This document shows, piece by piece, positions 47,198 to 55,050 of a stretch of DNA of 64,000 bases (position 1 is the first letter of the stretch; every line of letters starts with the position of its first letter). The stretch comes from Gemmatimonadales bacterium (GTDB lineage Bacteria; Gemmatimonadota; Gemmatimonadetes; Gemmatimonadales; GWC2-71-9). The notes under the pieces were generated by a model. It made no database searches. It saw only the letters and a list, made by a program, of their open reading frames with translations, and was not told the origin of the DNA. The position numbers and the translations under genes were made by a program. The stretch spans positions 651-64,650 of the forward strand of contig DATBJC010000083.1 in the NCBI GenBank assembly GCA_036556625.1, read 5' to 3'.

Positions 47198-47748
47198 ATG
47201 ACCGGCGTCCGCCGCCGCCGCGCGGTCCAGAGCAGGGCAGTGCGGTGCCGCTCGAACAGCGGCGCCCGGGGCCAGGGAATTCTCCGTCCGAACGATCGAA
47301 CCGGATGGGAGAGCAGTTGACTGACCGGCGTCTCGTGCACGAACAGGCCGCCGGGCACGAGCACCCGGGCGATCTCCGCCAGTGCCGATCCTTGCCGCGC
47401 GATGTGGTAACAGGTGCCGAAGTCGATCACCAGATCGAACGCGGCATCGCGGAAGGGCAGGCACCTCACGTCGCCGGGCACCAGCTGGGCGGCGATGCCG
47501 GCGTGTGTCAGCCGGGACCTTGCCTGGTCTAGAAACCCGGCCTCGAGATCCAGCCCGACCAGCCGCGTGGGCCGAAGCAGCGCACCGAGAATCGGCAGGG
47601 CCACGCCCCGGCCGCAGCCCACCTCGAGCACCCGGCCCTGGCGAGGAAGGCCCAGGGCCCGGATCATGAGAGGGACTTCGAGCAAGGCCTGCCGGGAGTT
47701 CCGTCCCTCCTCGTTGGGGAACGGCCGATACTCCACCGCTGATGTCAT
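47194..47748 (-). CDS. class I SAM-dependent methyltransferase
   Basis: VLEVGCGRG motif I. PGGLFV post-II region. The TGA overlaps the P450 ATG (ATGA). Confidence 0.85.
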   Translation of the reverse strand: MTSAVEYRPFPNEEGRNSRQALLEVPLMIRALGLPRQGRVLEVGCGRGVALPILGALLRPTRLVGLDLEAGFLDQARSRLTHAGIAAQLVPGDVRCLPFRDAAFDLVIDFGTCYHIARQGSALAEIARVLVPGGLFVHETPVSQLLSHPVRSFGRRIPWPRAPLFERHRTALLWTARRRRTPVI

Positions 47749-47805
47749 GACGCCCTCCGGCTGGGGTCGCGAGAGCCGAGTTCCGCGCTCACGGTACCGG
47801 TGGCC

Positions 47806-47839
47806 TGTGACCTGAGTGTGACCCGAGCCGACTGTGAGG
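47806..47839. promoter_or_regulatory. three direct TGTGA(C/G)(C/G) repeats in a divergent promoter region
   Basis: TGTGACC at 47806-47812 and 47817-47823 (11-bp period). TGTGAGG at 47833-47839. Confidence 0.25.
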
Positions 47840-47913
47840 ACCGCTCGCGTCGTTGCCGAGCGGCGCCAGGAGCCGTAGCTTCCGGATGACCGCTACCTGG
47901 GCACCGGTCCCCC

Positions 47914-48246
47914 ATGAGTTCCTGCCTCCGGACCTCGCTCCTTCCTCTCCTCCTGCTGACTACCGGCACGACCAGCCGCTGTGAGCTCTCCACCGCCAGC
48001 GGCACGGGCGAGCTCCGGATCGTCGGAACCGTGCACTTCCTCGAGGTCGAGCACGGCTGCTGGCAGCTCGAGGCGACCAATGGCCGCCGCTACGAGCTGC
48101 AACCGGCGCAGGCGCCGGCGTCATTGCTGCAGGATGGCGTCACGGTGAGTCTGGTGGGTCAGCTGGCCGAAGGGTCATCCACCGGCTGCCAGGTCGGGAT
48201 GCCGATCGATGTGCGGCGCATCGTGTCGATCGAGCCCGGCGGGTAG
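47914..48246 (+). CDS. small secreted/lipoprotein-like protein, unknown function
   Basis: Signal-like SLLPLLLLTTGTTSRC. Beta-rich VHFLEVEHGCWQLEATNGRRYEL. Confidence 0.55.
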   Translation: MSSCLRTSLLPLLLLTTGTTSRCELSTASGTGELRIVGTVHFLEVEHGCWQLEATNGRRYELQPAQAPASLLQDGVTVSLVGQLAEGSSTGCQVGMPIDVRRIVSIEPGG

Positions 48247-48249
48247 CTC

Positions 48250-49074
48250 CTACTTCACGCTCGCCAGGTTGTACAGGGCCCGCCACGCCCGGAACACTTC
48301 CCCGTAGTCGTCGTGCAGGTACTCGATGGTGCGCCCGCCGGTCCGCATCGAGCCGGGGACCAGCTCCGCCATGTCGGCCATCTGGCTGAGGGCGAACTCC
48401 ACCTGGAGCCGGACCGGCCGCTCCAGCACCAGCGGCCGGTGCGGCCGGCGAAGCGCCGCGGTGGCGCCCGCTCGAATGCGCCGGCACGACTCGGCCGGCG
48501 AGATGCTGCGGGCCGCGAAGCGGCCGACCGCGTGCTTCACGATCACCGCCTCCACCTCGTCGCCCAGCAGCGATCGAGCTTCCTCCGCCAGGGTCTGGTC
48601 GCCGCTCACCAGCGCCACGGGGACGCCGCGGCTGCCCGCGAACGCGGCGTTGATGGCGAGCTCGCCGGCCGGCCGGCCATTGAGCAGGACCTGGTGCACG
48701 AGGCTGGTGTACGTGTGGTCGATGATCGCGTGCCTGGCGCCGGCCATGGCGTGATACCCGATGAACAGCGCGGCATCGAAGCCCAGCTCCACGCCCTCGA
48801 CCATGGACCGAAGCTTGGGGCCGCCGCTCAGCAGCTCGGCGGACGGGTGCAGCTCCTCGGCGAGGAGGTTTCGCATCAGCCAGTGGCTGTCGTTGACCAG
48901 GACGTAGGTCGCCCCGGCCTCGAGGGCGCCTTCCACCGCGGCGTTGGCCTCGCTGGTCATCAGCCTGCGCATCCTGTTATACTCTCCCGCATGCCGGGGA
49001 TCGCTCGGGTCGGTCTGGTCCTCGTGGACCACGCCGGCCACCCCTTCCATGTCGACGGAGATGTAGACCCGCAT
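48250..49074 (-). CDS. M55-family D-aminopeptidase (DppA-type)
   Basis: ATG 49074. MRVYISVDMEGVAGV... N-terminus and VNDSH are typical of peptidase M55. Confidence 0.85.
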   Translation of the reverse strand: MRVYISVDMEGVAGVVHEDQTDPSDPRHAGEYNRMRRLMTSEANAAVEGALEAGATYVLVNDSHWLMRNLLAEELHPSAELLSGGPKLRSMVEGVELGFDAALFIGYHAMAGARHAIIDHTYTSLVHQVLLNGRPAGELAINAAFAGSRGVPVALVSGDQTLAEEARSLLGDEVEAVIVKHAVGRFAARSISPAESCRRIRAGATAALRRPHRPLVLERPVRLQVEFALSQMADMAELVPGSMRTGGRTIEYLHDDYGEVFRAWRALYNLASVK

Positions 49075-49130
49075 TGCCGCTCCCGAGATGATGGACGCCC
49101 GGCGCACTGCGGAACTCAGAGGACGGAACG

Positions 49131-49538
49131 ATGCGCGGATGGACCCGTGGAATCGCCCTGGCGGCGGCCCTGGCGGCCTGTGGCCCGCGGGGTGATTCCC
49201 AGACCAGCAGCCTGCTGGAGCAGGGCCGGCAGTATACCGCCTGGCTCTACGACAACCAGTATCAGAAGCTGTGGGACCGATTCTCACCCGACATGCGGCA
49301 GACGTTCGGCAGTGTCGCCGATCTCGCCAGCTTCGCCGGCCAGGCGGTCACCCGCCTGGGCCAGGAACGGGGCCAGGTGGACGAGCGGGTGGAGGCCGGG
49401 AATCCGCTTCGGATCTACAGCCGCACCGCCAGCTTCGACCGCTCGACCCACAAGATGCTGCTCGAGTGGACCATGGCGGAAGACGGGGCGGTGACGGGGC
49501 TGGTGCTGCGGCCGGCGCTGGACGGAGAAAACCCCTAG
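49131..49538 (+). CDS. lipoprotein, unknown function
   Basis: Lipobox ALAAC. Confidence 0.6.
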   Translation: MRGWTRGIALAAALAACGPRGDSQTSSLLEQGRQYTAWLYDNQYQKLWDRFSPDMRQTFGSVADLASFAGQAVTRLGQERGQVDERVEAGNPLRIYSRTASFDRSTHKMLLEWTMAEDGAVTGLVLRPALDGENP

Positions 49539-49864
49539 TACACTCTGCCGCCCAGCGGCACCTCCCGTTCCACCGCCAGCAGGACCACGTCTCCCGATTC
49601 ATTGGGGAGCCCCAGCACCAACACCTCGGACAGGAAGCCCGCGATGTTGCGGCCCCCCAGATTCACAGCGGCGATCACCAGCCGCCCCACCAGTTCCTCG
49701 GCCCGATACAGCGACCGGAGCTGCGCGCTCGAGGTCTTTTCCCCCAGCGGCCCGAAGTCGACCCACAGTTTGTAGGAGGGCTTGCGGGCCCGCTCGTTGG
49801 CTTCCGCTCGAAGGATCCGCCCGACCCGCAGATCCAGGATCTCGAACGCCTCGACCGGATTCAC
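49535..49864 (-). CDS. csaA: tRNA-binding domain protein CsaA
   Basis: [15 protein letters not shown]...KLWVDFG...SSAQL...[19 protein letters not shown] closely follows the CsaA pattern. The GTG start overlaps the RidA-family stop (GTGA). Confidence 0.85.
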   Translation of the reverse strand: MNPVEAFEILDLRVGRILRAEANERARKPSYKLWVDFGPLGEKTSSAQLRSLYRAEELVGRLVIAAVNLGGRNIAGFLSEVLVLGLPNESGDVVLLAVEREVPLGGRVY

Positions 49865-50247
49865 GGGATCACCGCCTCGGCTTCGATCTCGATCAGCATG
49901 TCGGGGGAGATGAGCTTCCGGACCTCTACCATGCTGGTAGCCGGCCGGATGGTCCCAAACACCTCGCCATGCGCCCGGGCGAACTCTTCCCAGCGCGAGA
50001 TGTCGGTCACGAACATCCGAGTGCGCACCACGTCCGCCATCGAGGCACCGGCCCGCTGGAGCGCCACACCGATATTGCGCAGCGTCTGCGCCGCCTGCGC
50101 GTAGGCGTCACCGGCGCCGACGACCTTGCCGTCGGGGTCGGTCGCCGTGGTTCCTGAGACGTACACCACGTTGCCGACCCGTACGGCACGCGAGTAGCCC
50201 ACGATCGGCTCCCAGGGCGCGCCGCTGGAGATGAGCTGTCGTTCCAT
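49861..50247 (-). CDS. RidA/YjgF-family protein
   Basis: ATG 50247. [16 protein letters not shown]...RTRMFVTD...IEIEAEAV. Confidence 0.85.
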   Translation of the reverse strand: MERQLISSGAPWEPIVGYSRAVRVGNVVYVSGTTATDPDGKVVGAGDAYAQAAQTLRNIGVALQRAGASMADVVRTRMFVTDISRWEEFARAHGEVFGTIRPATSMVEVRKLISPDMLIEIEAEAVIP

Positions 50248-50299
50248 GCTGACACTCGGATGCTGGCTGCGGTGGAGCGGGAAGATAGCGGGGAGAGAC

Positions 50300-50728
50300 T
50301 CAGGAAGCCTGTCGACGGGCCTCGCGCCGAAGCGGAGAAGGAGCCGGGGGACAAATCGCCGCGACCGCGCGGAGCAGGTCGTCGCCGGTGAACGGCTTGG
50401 GCATCGGCGGAATCCCGGCGCGGGCCACCAGGTGGTCCACACCTTCGCCGGTAAGATCGCCGCTGGAGACGATGATTCGGCCGGCGAGCTCAGGGGCCAG
50501 GAGCCAGATCTGCTCGCAGAGTGCCACCCCGCTGAGGCCATCGAGATGCAGATCGCAGATCACCGCATCGAAGTGCTCGACCCCGACCAGCTCCAACGCC
50601 TCACCCGGGGTGGCCGCGGCCCGGGCCCGGTAACCGGCGCGCTCGAGCAGCCGGCTCACCATCTTCCGGATGGTGGGCTCGTCGTCGATCACCAGAATGA
50701 CGGGCCGGTAGTCGCCGGATCCGATCAC
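50300..50728 (-). CDS. single-domain CheY-like response regulator
   Basis: [16 protein letters not shown] (phospho-Asp), VSSGD, PKPF (Lys). The GTG start overlaps the upstream stop (GTGA). Confidence 0.85.
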   Translation of the reverse strand: MIGSGDYRPVILVIDDEPTIRKMVSRLLERAGYRARAAATPGEALELVGVEHFDAVICDLHLDGLSGVALCEQIWLLAPELAGRIIVSSGDLTGEGVDHLVARAGIPPMPKPFTGDDLLRAVAAICPPAPSPLRREARRQAS

Positions 50729-50958
50729 GACTCGAGCTCCTTGTGGACCCGGCGCGCGATCTCCTCCCGCACTTCTGCCACGTCGTAGAATCCGGAGCCG
50801 AGGCGCTTGATCACCTGCTGGAGGCGCTCCGGCGTAATGCCATCCCGGTCGGGGGCCTCTTCGGCGGACGAGGCCTCGGTCCGCGGAGTCTCCGGACCAT
50901 CGTTTCCACCCGGCTGATCGGAGTCGTGAGAAAAGGCCATGGTCACCGTGATCGGCAT
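50725..50958 (-). CDS. flgM: anti-sigma-28 factor FlgM-like protein
   Basis: C-terminus ERLQQVIKRLGSGFYDVAEVREEIARRV fits the FlgM C-terminal helix pattern. The N-terminus looks disordered. The start is ATG 50958 or 50940. Confidence 0.6.
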   Translation of the reverse strand: MPITVTMAFSHDSDQPGGNDGPETPRTEASSAEEAPDRDGITPERLQQVIKRLGSGFYDVAEVREEIARRVHKELES

Positions 50959-50965
50959 GTGAGAG

Positions 50966-50993
50966 GTATCGGCCGCGAGCATTTCCGACTTGA
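50966..50993 (-). promoter_or_regulatory. putative FliA (sigma-28) promoter upstream of flgM-like gene
   Basis: The minus strand reads TCAAGTCG-N12-GCCGATAC, compared with the enteric consensus TAAAGTTT-N11-GCCGATAA. The -10 ends 7 nt before ATG 50958. Confidence 0.4.
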
Positions 50994-51184
50994 GCCGACC
51001 AGGAGGTGGCAAGCCCAATCCCATCCGCGATTGAAAGGTAGGTTCCCGGCCGCGCACCGGAAAGATTTGCCGGGTAGCGAAGTGTGGTCGTCGCTCGGTA
51101 TGGCGGCAGACACCTGAAACGCTATTATTGGCAGCCGCATCCTCCGGTCGCGATTCCTGGTACCCAGGATTGGTTGGGCAGCAC

Positions 51185-52576
51185 GTGACAGCTTCCATAC
51201 TTTGCATAGACGACGAGCCCGCCGTCGGCGTCATCCTGGAGCATACGCTGGCCCGCGCCGGGCACCGCCCGATCCTGACCTCGAGCGTCGAAGACGCCAT
51301 GCGAGTCGTCAGCCGGACGCCGGTGGACCTCATCATCGCGGACTACCGGATGCCCGGCCTCACCGGGCTGGACCTCCTGGCACAACTGGAGAAGGAAGGA
51401 TACCGGATTCCCGTGATCATCATGACCGGGTATTCCAGCGTCGAGCACGCGGTCATGTCCATCAAGTCCGGGGCGATCGACTATCTGACCAAGCCGATCC
51501 AGGCGGAGTCGCTGGAGATCGCGGTCCGGCAGGCGCTGGAGGTGGTGCGCCTGAGGAGGGAGAACGAGACCTTTCGCCGCGAGATCGTGAAGATCCGCGG
51601 CCAGCGCGCCATCATCGGCGACAGCGAGGCCTTCCGCCGCGTGATGGAAGTGGTGGGAACCGTGGCCGCCTCGCGGGCCACCGTCCTCCTCCAGGGCGAG
51701 TCCGGCACCGGCAAGGAGCTGTTCGCCCGGGCCATCCATGACCAGAGTCCCCGGGCCGACGCGCCGTTCATCACGGTCAACTGCGCCGCGCTGCCCGAAG
51801 GACTGGTGGAAAGCGCCCTCTTCGGCCACGAGAAGGGCGCGTTCACCGGCGCCACGGTACGCTCGGCCGGAGCCTTCGAGCGGGCGCACGGCGGCACTCT
51901 GCTGCTCGACGAGATCTCGGAGATGCGTCTCGACCTGCAGTCGAAGCTGCTCCGGGTGATTCAGGAGCAGGAGTTCGAGCGGGTGGGCGGGCACCAGCCG
52001 ATCCAGGTGGACGTGCGGCTGATCGCCACCACCAATCGCGACCTCAAGGCCGAGGTGGATGCCGGCCGATTCCGGGACGATCTCTACTACCGCCTCAACG
52101 TGGTGCCGATCCGGACGCCGAGCCTGCGGGAACGCATCGAGGACATTCCCCGGCTGGTTCATCACTTCGTGACCCGCTCGGCCGAGCTGCACGGCGGGAC
52201 CCCGCCCACGATCGGGCCGGAGACGCTGGGGGTCCTCCAGCGGTATTCCTGGCCCGGCAACGTCCGCGAGCTGGCCAATGCGGTCGAGCGCGCGGTCATC
52301 CTCTGTCGCGGCAATGTGCTCCAGCCGACCGACTTCGATCAGCAGATCCAGGACGCCGCGGCTCACCCGCCGCGTCCGGCCATCGTGCCCGACCTGCTCA
52401 CCGCCGGCACCGGGGGTCCGGTGGATTACAATCTCGACGCCATCGAGCGCCTGGCGATCGAGCGAGCGCTGGCGGCTACCGGCGGAAATCGGACCCGCGC
52501 CGCAAGGCTGCTCGGCATCAGCGAGCGAACCCTCCGAAACAAGCTCAATACCCCCCGCGCCGCCTCCGGCAGCTGA
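51185..52576 (+). CDS. sigma-54-dependent response regulator (NtrC family)
   Basis: REC (CIDDEP, IIADYRMPGLTG). AAA+ (GESGTGKE, GAFTGA, LLLDEI). C-terminal HTH (AARLLGISERTLRNKL). The start is uncertain (GTG 51185 or TTG 51128). Confidence 0.9.
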   Translation: MTASILCIDDEPAVGVILEHTLARAGHRPILTSSVEDAMRVVSRTPVDLIIADYRMPGLTGLDLLAQLEKEGYRIPVIIMTGYSSVEHAVMSIKSGAIDYLTKPIQAESLEIAVRQALEVVRLRRENETFRREIVKIRGQRAIIGDSEAFRRVMEVVGTVAASRATVLLQGESGTGKELFARAIHDQSPRADAPFITVNCAALPEGLVESALFGHEKGAFTGATVRSAGAFERAHGGTLLLDEISEMRLDLQSKLLRVIQEQEFERVGGHQPIQVDVRLIATTNRDLKAEVDAGRFRDDLYYRLNVVPIRTPSLRERIEDIPRLVHHFVTRSAELHGGTPPTIGPETLGVLQRYSWPGNVRELANAVERAVILCRGNVLQPTDFDQQIQDAAAHPPRPAIVPDLLTAGTGGPVDYNLDAIERLAIERALAATGGNRTRAARLLGISERTLRNKLNTPRAASGS

Positions 52577-52584
52577 CCCGGATG

Positions 52585-52619
52585 CGCCGGCCGGCCCGGA
52601 AAGAATAGGCCGGTCGGCG
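52585..52619 (+). terminator. GC-rich hairpin after the sigma-54 activator gene (no U-tract)
   Basis: 12-bp stem (52585-52596 / 52608-52619, one G-U pair) with loop cggaaagaata. It begins 9 nt after the TGA. Confidence 0.35.
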
Positions 52620-52818
52620 GAAAGTTCTTCCGGCAACACCGCCCGGATCTTTCTTCCGCCGCTGTCCCAGCCGTCGGCTACGCGGCTCCGCTCTCTTCGA
52701 CCAACTCCCTCGCACTGGTTCACTTAGGACATAGGCCTCCGGCGTTGTCGAGACCGGCTCGCGTCGAGGTATGCCGATTGCCTTCGGGGATGGCGAGCAG
52801 GCATCCCCCGGAGCGGCA

Positions 52819-53604
52819 ATGCAGCGGAGCGAGATCGCCGGCGACCGGTGCCGGATCGTCGTCGGAAGCGGCAAAGGCGGAGTCGGAAAGTCACTGGTCA
52901 GCGTGATGCTGGCCGCGGCTGCCGCCGGGCGTGGCCGCGAGGTGCTGCTGCTGGATGGCGAGCAGAACCTGGCCAACCTGCATGTCCTCCTGGGTATCGG
53001 CGCGCGGGGAAGCATCGAGTCGGTGCTCGGCGGGCGGTTGCGGGTGGACGAGCTGGTACAGCGGGTGGCGGAGCATCTGTGGCTCCTGCCCTCCGAGTCG
53101 GGCGCCGAAGGGCTCTACGCGCTGGATGCACTGGCACGGGCCCGACTGCACTCCAGGCTGGTCGAGCTGGCCAACGGATACGAGGTGGTGGTGGTGGACG
53201 CCGGGGCCGGAATCGAGGGAGTGGTGCGCGCGGCGACGCTGGGCGCCGACCGGGTGGTCCTGGTGACCGCGCCGGAGCCGACCGCGCTGATGGATGGGCA
53301 CGCGCTGGTCAAGATCCTCTCCCTCCAGGCCCCTCACCTGCCGATCGACGTCGTGGTCAATCGGTGTGCCGGGGAGGAGGAAGGACAGAACGCCTACGCT
53401 CGGCTGGCCACCGCCTCGGAACAGTTTCTCAATCGGCAGCTGCACCTCGCCGCCGTCTTGCTGGAGGAACCGACGATCACCGCCGCCGTGCGGGAGCCCC
53501 GCCGCTGTCTCGCGCGGCTGCTGGAGACCCGCGCAGCCCAGACCATCCGCGACGCGAGGCTGGACTGCCTCGATCTCGCGGCATCAACCCGGAGCCGGGC
53601 GTGA
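52819..53604 (+). CDS. flhG: MinD/ParA-type ATPase, FlhG-like
   Basis: Deviant Walker A GSGKGGVGKS. Lies directly upstream of and overlapping fliA. ATG 52819 has GGAG 5 nt upstream; ATG 52771 is an alternative start. Confidence 0.78.
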   Translation: MQRSEIAGDRCRIVVGSGKGGVGKSLVSVMLAAAAAGRGREVLLLDGEQNLANLHVLLGIGARGSIESVLGGRLRVDELVQRVAEHLWLLPSESGAEGLYALDALARARLHSRLVELANGYEVVVVDAGAGIEGVVRAATLGADRVVLVTAPEPTALMDGHALVKILSLQAPHLPIDVVVNRCAGEEEGQNAYARLATASEQFLNRQLHLAAVLLEEPTITAAVREPRRCLARLLETRAAQTIRDARLDCLDLAASTRSRA

Positions 53605-54380
53605 ACGCCACCGCGACGACCAGGAAGCGCACCATGCCGGGAGATCTCTGGCAGCGCTACCGGAGCACCGCCGATCCGGCGGCCCGCCGGGAGCTGTTGG
53701 AGCTCTACATCGGCCTGGTCCATCACGTGGCGCGGGAGATGAGCCGCCGGACCAGGGCGATCGAGCTGGATGACCTGGTCAGCGCCGGGACCTTCGGGCT
53801 GATCCGCGCGCTCGACAGCTTCGATCTCTCCCGCGGTCTCGCGTTCAGCACCTATGCCGTGCGCCGCATCCGCGGGGCGATCCTGGATGATCTGAGGAGC
53901 CAGGACTGGGCTCCGCGCGCCATACGGGTGAAGGCGCGCCGCCTCCAGGTGGCCAGCGCGGCCCTGCAACTCCGGCTGGGCCGGGCCCCGAGTCATGACG
54001 AAATCGCGGCTCAGCTCGAGGTCGACATCTCCACCTACTGGCGATGGCGCGACGACACCGCATCACGCACCGCCGTCTCCTATGAAGGAGAGCCCGGCGA
54101 TCGCGTCAACGGCACCTCGCCGCTGCAGGAAGTGCTGCCCGATGCCGATGCCGTCTCACCGGTGGAAGAGCTCGGCCGGCAGGAGGAGATCAGGATCCTG
54201 CGCCACGCCATCGCCCGTCTGCCCGAGAAGGAGCGCACCGTGATGTCCCTGTACTACTACGAGGAGCTGAACCAGCGGCAGATCGCCGAGGTGATGCACC
54301 TGACCGAGTCCCGGGTGTCGCAGATCCGGACCCAGGCCCTCAACCGGCTGCGCTCCCGCCTGACCGGAGGTATCCAGTGA
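53601..54380 (+). CDS. fliA: RNA polymerase sigma-28 factor FliA/WhiG family
   Basis: Region 2 (DLVSAGTFGLIRALDSFD, FSTYAVRRIRGAILD). Region 4 HTH (NQRQIAEVMHLTESRVSQIRTQAL). GTG 53601 overlaps the flhG TGA; ATG 53634 is an alternative start. Confidence 0.88.
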   Translation: MNATATTRKRTMPGDLWQRYRSTADPAARRELLELYIGLVHHVAREMSRRTRAIELDDLVSAGTFGLIRALDSFDLSRGLAFSTYAVRRIRGAILDDLRSQDWAPRAIRVKARRLQVASAALQLRLGRAPSHDEIAAQLEVDISTYWRWRDDTASRTAVSYEGEPGDRVNGTSPLQEVLPDADAVSPVEELGRQEEIRILRHAIARLPEKERTVMSLYYYEELNQRQIAEVMHLTESRVSQIRTQALNRLRSRLTGGIQ

Positions 54381-54571
54381 GCGCCGGCTGGCCGGGCCGG
54401 GCGGAAGAGCCCAGAGAAGAGCCGTCGCTCCGGTCGCGCGAGGCGGAGCACGGCATCCCGCTGGGTCCGCTGGATCCTGACATCATCCACCGCGCCCGGA
54501 CCATCAACGCGGACGCATTGAGAATCATCGACGATCTGCTGGATCAGATCGCGGACTCGGGACGACGCTGA
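54377..54571 (+). CDS. small hypothetical protein orf64
   Basis: GTG 54377 overlaps the fliA TGA (GTGA). G/C-rich third positions throughout. Disordered-looking N-half and amphipathic C-half (IIHRARTINADALRIIDDLLDQIA). Confidence 0.45.
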   Translation: MSAGWPGRAEEPREEPSLRSREAEHGIPLGPLDPDIIHRARTINADALRIIDDLLDQIADSGRR

Positions 54572-54573
54572 TC

Positions 54574-55050
54574 ATGGATCTCGACGGGGCCGCCCTCCGC
54601 GGGTTCGCCGACCTCACGCTGGCGCTGGAACGCGAGTGCCGGCTGATCGAGGAACTGCACCACGCCGTTGCCAGGCAGCGCGAGGCGGTGCCCCAGGGCG
54701 ACCTGCAAGGCATGGAGACCAGCCTTCGTCTGGCCAGCCGGACGCTGCTCACGCTGCAGGAGAACCGCCGCTACCGGGCCACGCTGCTCCACCGGCTGGT
54801 GGGCGATCCGGCCCACCCGCTGGCGGATCTGGACCGGCGCTTCGAGGCGGCCCTTCCGGAGACCTTCGTCGCCGCCCGCCTTCGCATGCAAAGCTCGGCC
54901 GCCGGCGTGGCGGAGGAAGTGTGGCGCAATCAGGAGGTCTTGCTGGCCGCGCTGCGGGAGCGGGAGGCGCTGCTTCAGGAGCTGTTGAGCGGAGGCCGGC
55001 CTATGGTGCAGAACGAGGCAGCGCCTCCCGCCGCCAGATCGGAAGGGTGA
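54574..55050 (+). CDS. FlgN-like flagellar chaperone (tentative)
   Basis: All-helical, Leu/Glu/Arg-rich 158 aa with a FlgN-like heptad pattern (LTLALERECRLIEELHHAVARQREAV..). Starts 2 nt after the orf64 stop. Confidence 0.4.
   Translation: MDLDGAALRGFADLTLALERECRLIEELHHAVARQREAVPQGDLQGMETSLRLASRTLLTLQENRRYRATLLHRLVGDPAHPLADLDRRFEAALPETFVAARLRMQSSAAGVAEEVWRNQEVLLAALREREALLQELLSGGRPMVQNEAAPPAARSEG

Noticed and set aside
47714-47721. Second GCCGATAC match (sigma-28 -10-like) on the plus strand
   Set aside because: It lies inside, and antisense to, the methyltransferase N-terminal codons. It has no TAAA-like -35 at the right distance and no downstream plus-strand gene start nearby.
53132-53146. 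TGGCAC hexamers as sigma-54 promoters (also at 10508, 11241, 51378 and a TGGCAG at 51129)
   Set aside because: None has the GC/TTGC element at the required 10-11 nt spacing. All but the TGGCAG at 51129 lie inside coding regions, far from starts.
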